In this document: positions 36,999 to 37,423 of the stretch, one piece after another
Numbering within the stretch: position 1 is the stretch's first letter
Layout of the letters: each line of letters opens with the position of its first letter
Source: a virus
Lineage: Duplodnaviria; Caudoviricetes
Strand: one strand, 5' to 3'
IMG/VR virus record: IMGVR_UViG_3300006118_000020
Span: 1-37,423 of that record
DNA: 37,423 nt
Position numbers and translations under genes: made by a program
The notes under the pieces: generated by a model
What the model was told of the DNA's origin: nothing
Database searches by the model: none
The model's input: only the letters and a program-made list of their open reading frames with translations

Positions 36999-37423
36999 TT
37001 ATGCTACTGTGTAGCCTGAAATTGCTTGAACGCTTAAAGTAGCATTTGTAAATTCTGTTGGATAGATCCATTCGCCGTTTGTGCAAGTACCAATTAATTG
37101 ATAAGTTGTTTCTGCATTTGGAGTAATTGTTGCAACCAATGTGTTTCCGATTGGGCATGATACACTAATTGGCAAACCAGTACTCTCATCCAAGAATTGG
37201 TAAGTTCCAGTTTGATTTCCAGTGATATATGCACGAGCAATCAATTGATAAGTAATTCCACTTTGTAGTGTGATCTCACCTGTTGTGTTATCAATTGCAA
37301 CATCAGTTCCAACACTAGTTTCAGTTGTGTTGAATGTTAATGGAATGTTTTTACCACCACTAACATATTGAGGAACAGTATATGTATTGTAAATACCAGT
37401 GTTTGCTGTTGCTGTTGTGAAAC
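36999..37423 (-). CDS. Putative virion decoration protein, 5'-truncated by the window end (at least 140 aa)
   Basis: The frame stays open from 37421 (FTTATANTGIYNTY...IPLTFNTT...GEITLQSGITYQLIA...), beyond the ORF-track TTG start; beta-sandwich-like composition. Confidence 0.7.
   Translation of the reverse strand, partial: FTTATANTGIYNTYTVPQYVSGGKNIPLTFNTTETSVGTDVAIDNTTGEITLQSGITYQLIARAYITGNQTGTYQFLDESTGLPISVSCPIGNTLVATITPNAETTYQLIGTCTNGEWIYPTEFTNATLSVQAISGYTVA
37021..37132. repeat. 112-bp exact direct repeat, copy 2
   Basis: Identical to positions 1-112. Confidence 0.97.

Larger units (their letters stand above)
1..37423. mobile_element. Near-complete podovirus-like (Caudoviricetes) phage or phage-satellite genome
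   Basis: Ordered terL-portal-scaffold-capsid-adaptor-fibre-nozzle-ejection modules; no host housekeeping genes; the two ends share a 112-bp exact repeat and the same gene. Confidence 0.95.

Noticed and set aside
1-37132. True T7-like direct terminal repeats
   Set aside because: The right copy is not at the end and lies inside a coding sequence
1-37423. Alternative genetic code
   Set aside because: Long genes are intact in the standard code, and TAA, TGA and TAG are all used as stops

Overview
The window is an essentially complete ~37 kb AT-rich genome of a tailed, podovirus-like (P22/T7-type short-tail) bacteriophage, almost all on the minus strand. It encodes a large terminase, portal, scaffold, major capsid protein, adaptor, tail nozzle, two fibre plus tip-adhesin cassettes, four ejection (internal virion) proteins, a GNAT-like protein and a Dps-like protein. 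Replication is reduced to an AEP primase, an SF3 helicase and an iteron-type origin. I could not recognise any DNA polymerase, RNA polymerase or sigma factor, SSB, integrase, repressor or endolysin. The most striking signals are non-coding. (1) A T4-late-promoter-like motif, [A/C/T]TAAATA, sits just upstream of about 15 gene or RNA starts, in three cases only 4-5 nt from the ATG, although the genome has no gp55-like sigma. (2) A tandem of hairpin RNAs (17642-17792) lies behind one such motif, and their loops are antisense to Shine-Dalgarno plus ATG sequences not found in this genome. (3) A three-way-junction RNA with 7-bp complementary loops lies in the leader of the replication operon. Together these suggest (inference, untested) a virion-encoding satellite that borrows late transcription, replication and lysis functions from a large T4-like helper phage and silences helper mRNAs with antisense RNAs. 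All protein calls come from motifs and synteny read by eye; no database searches were run.
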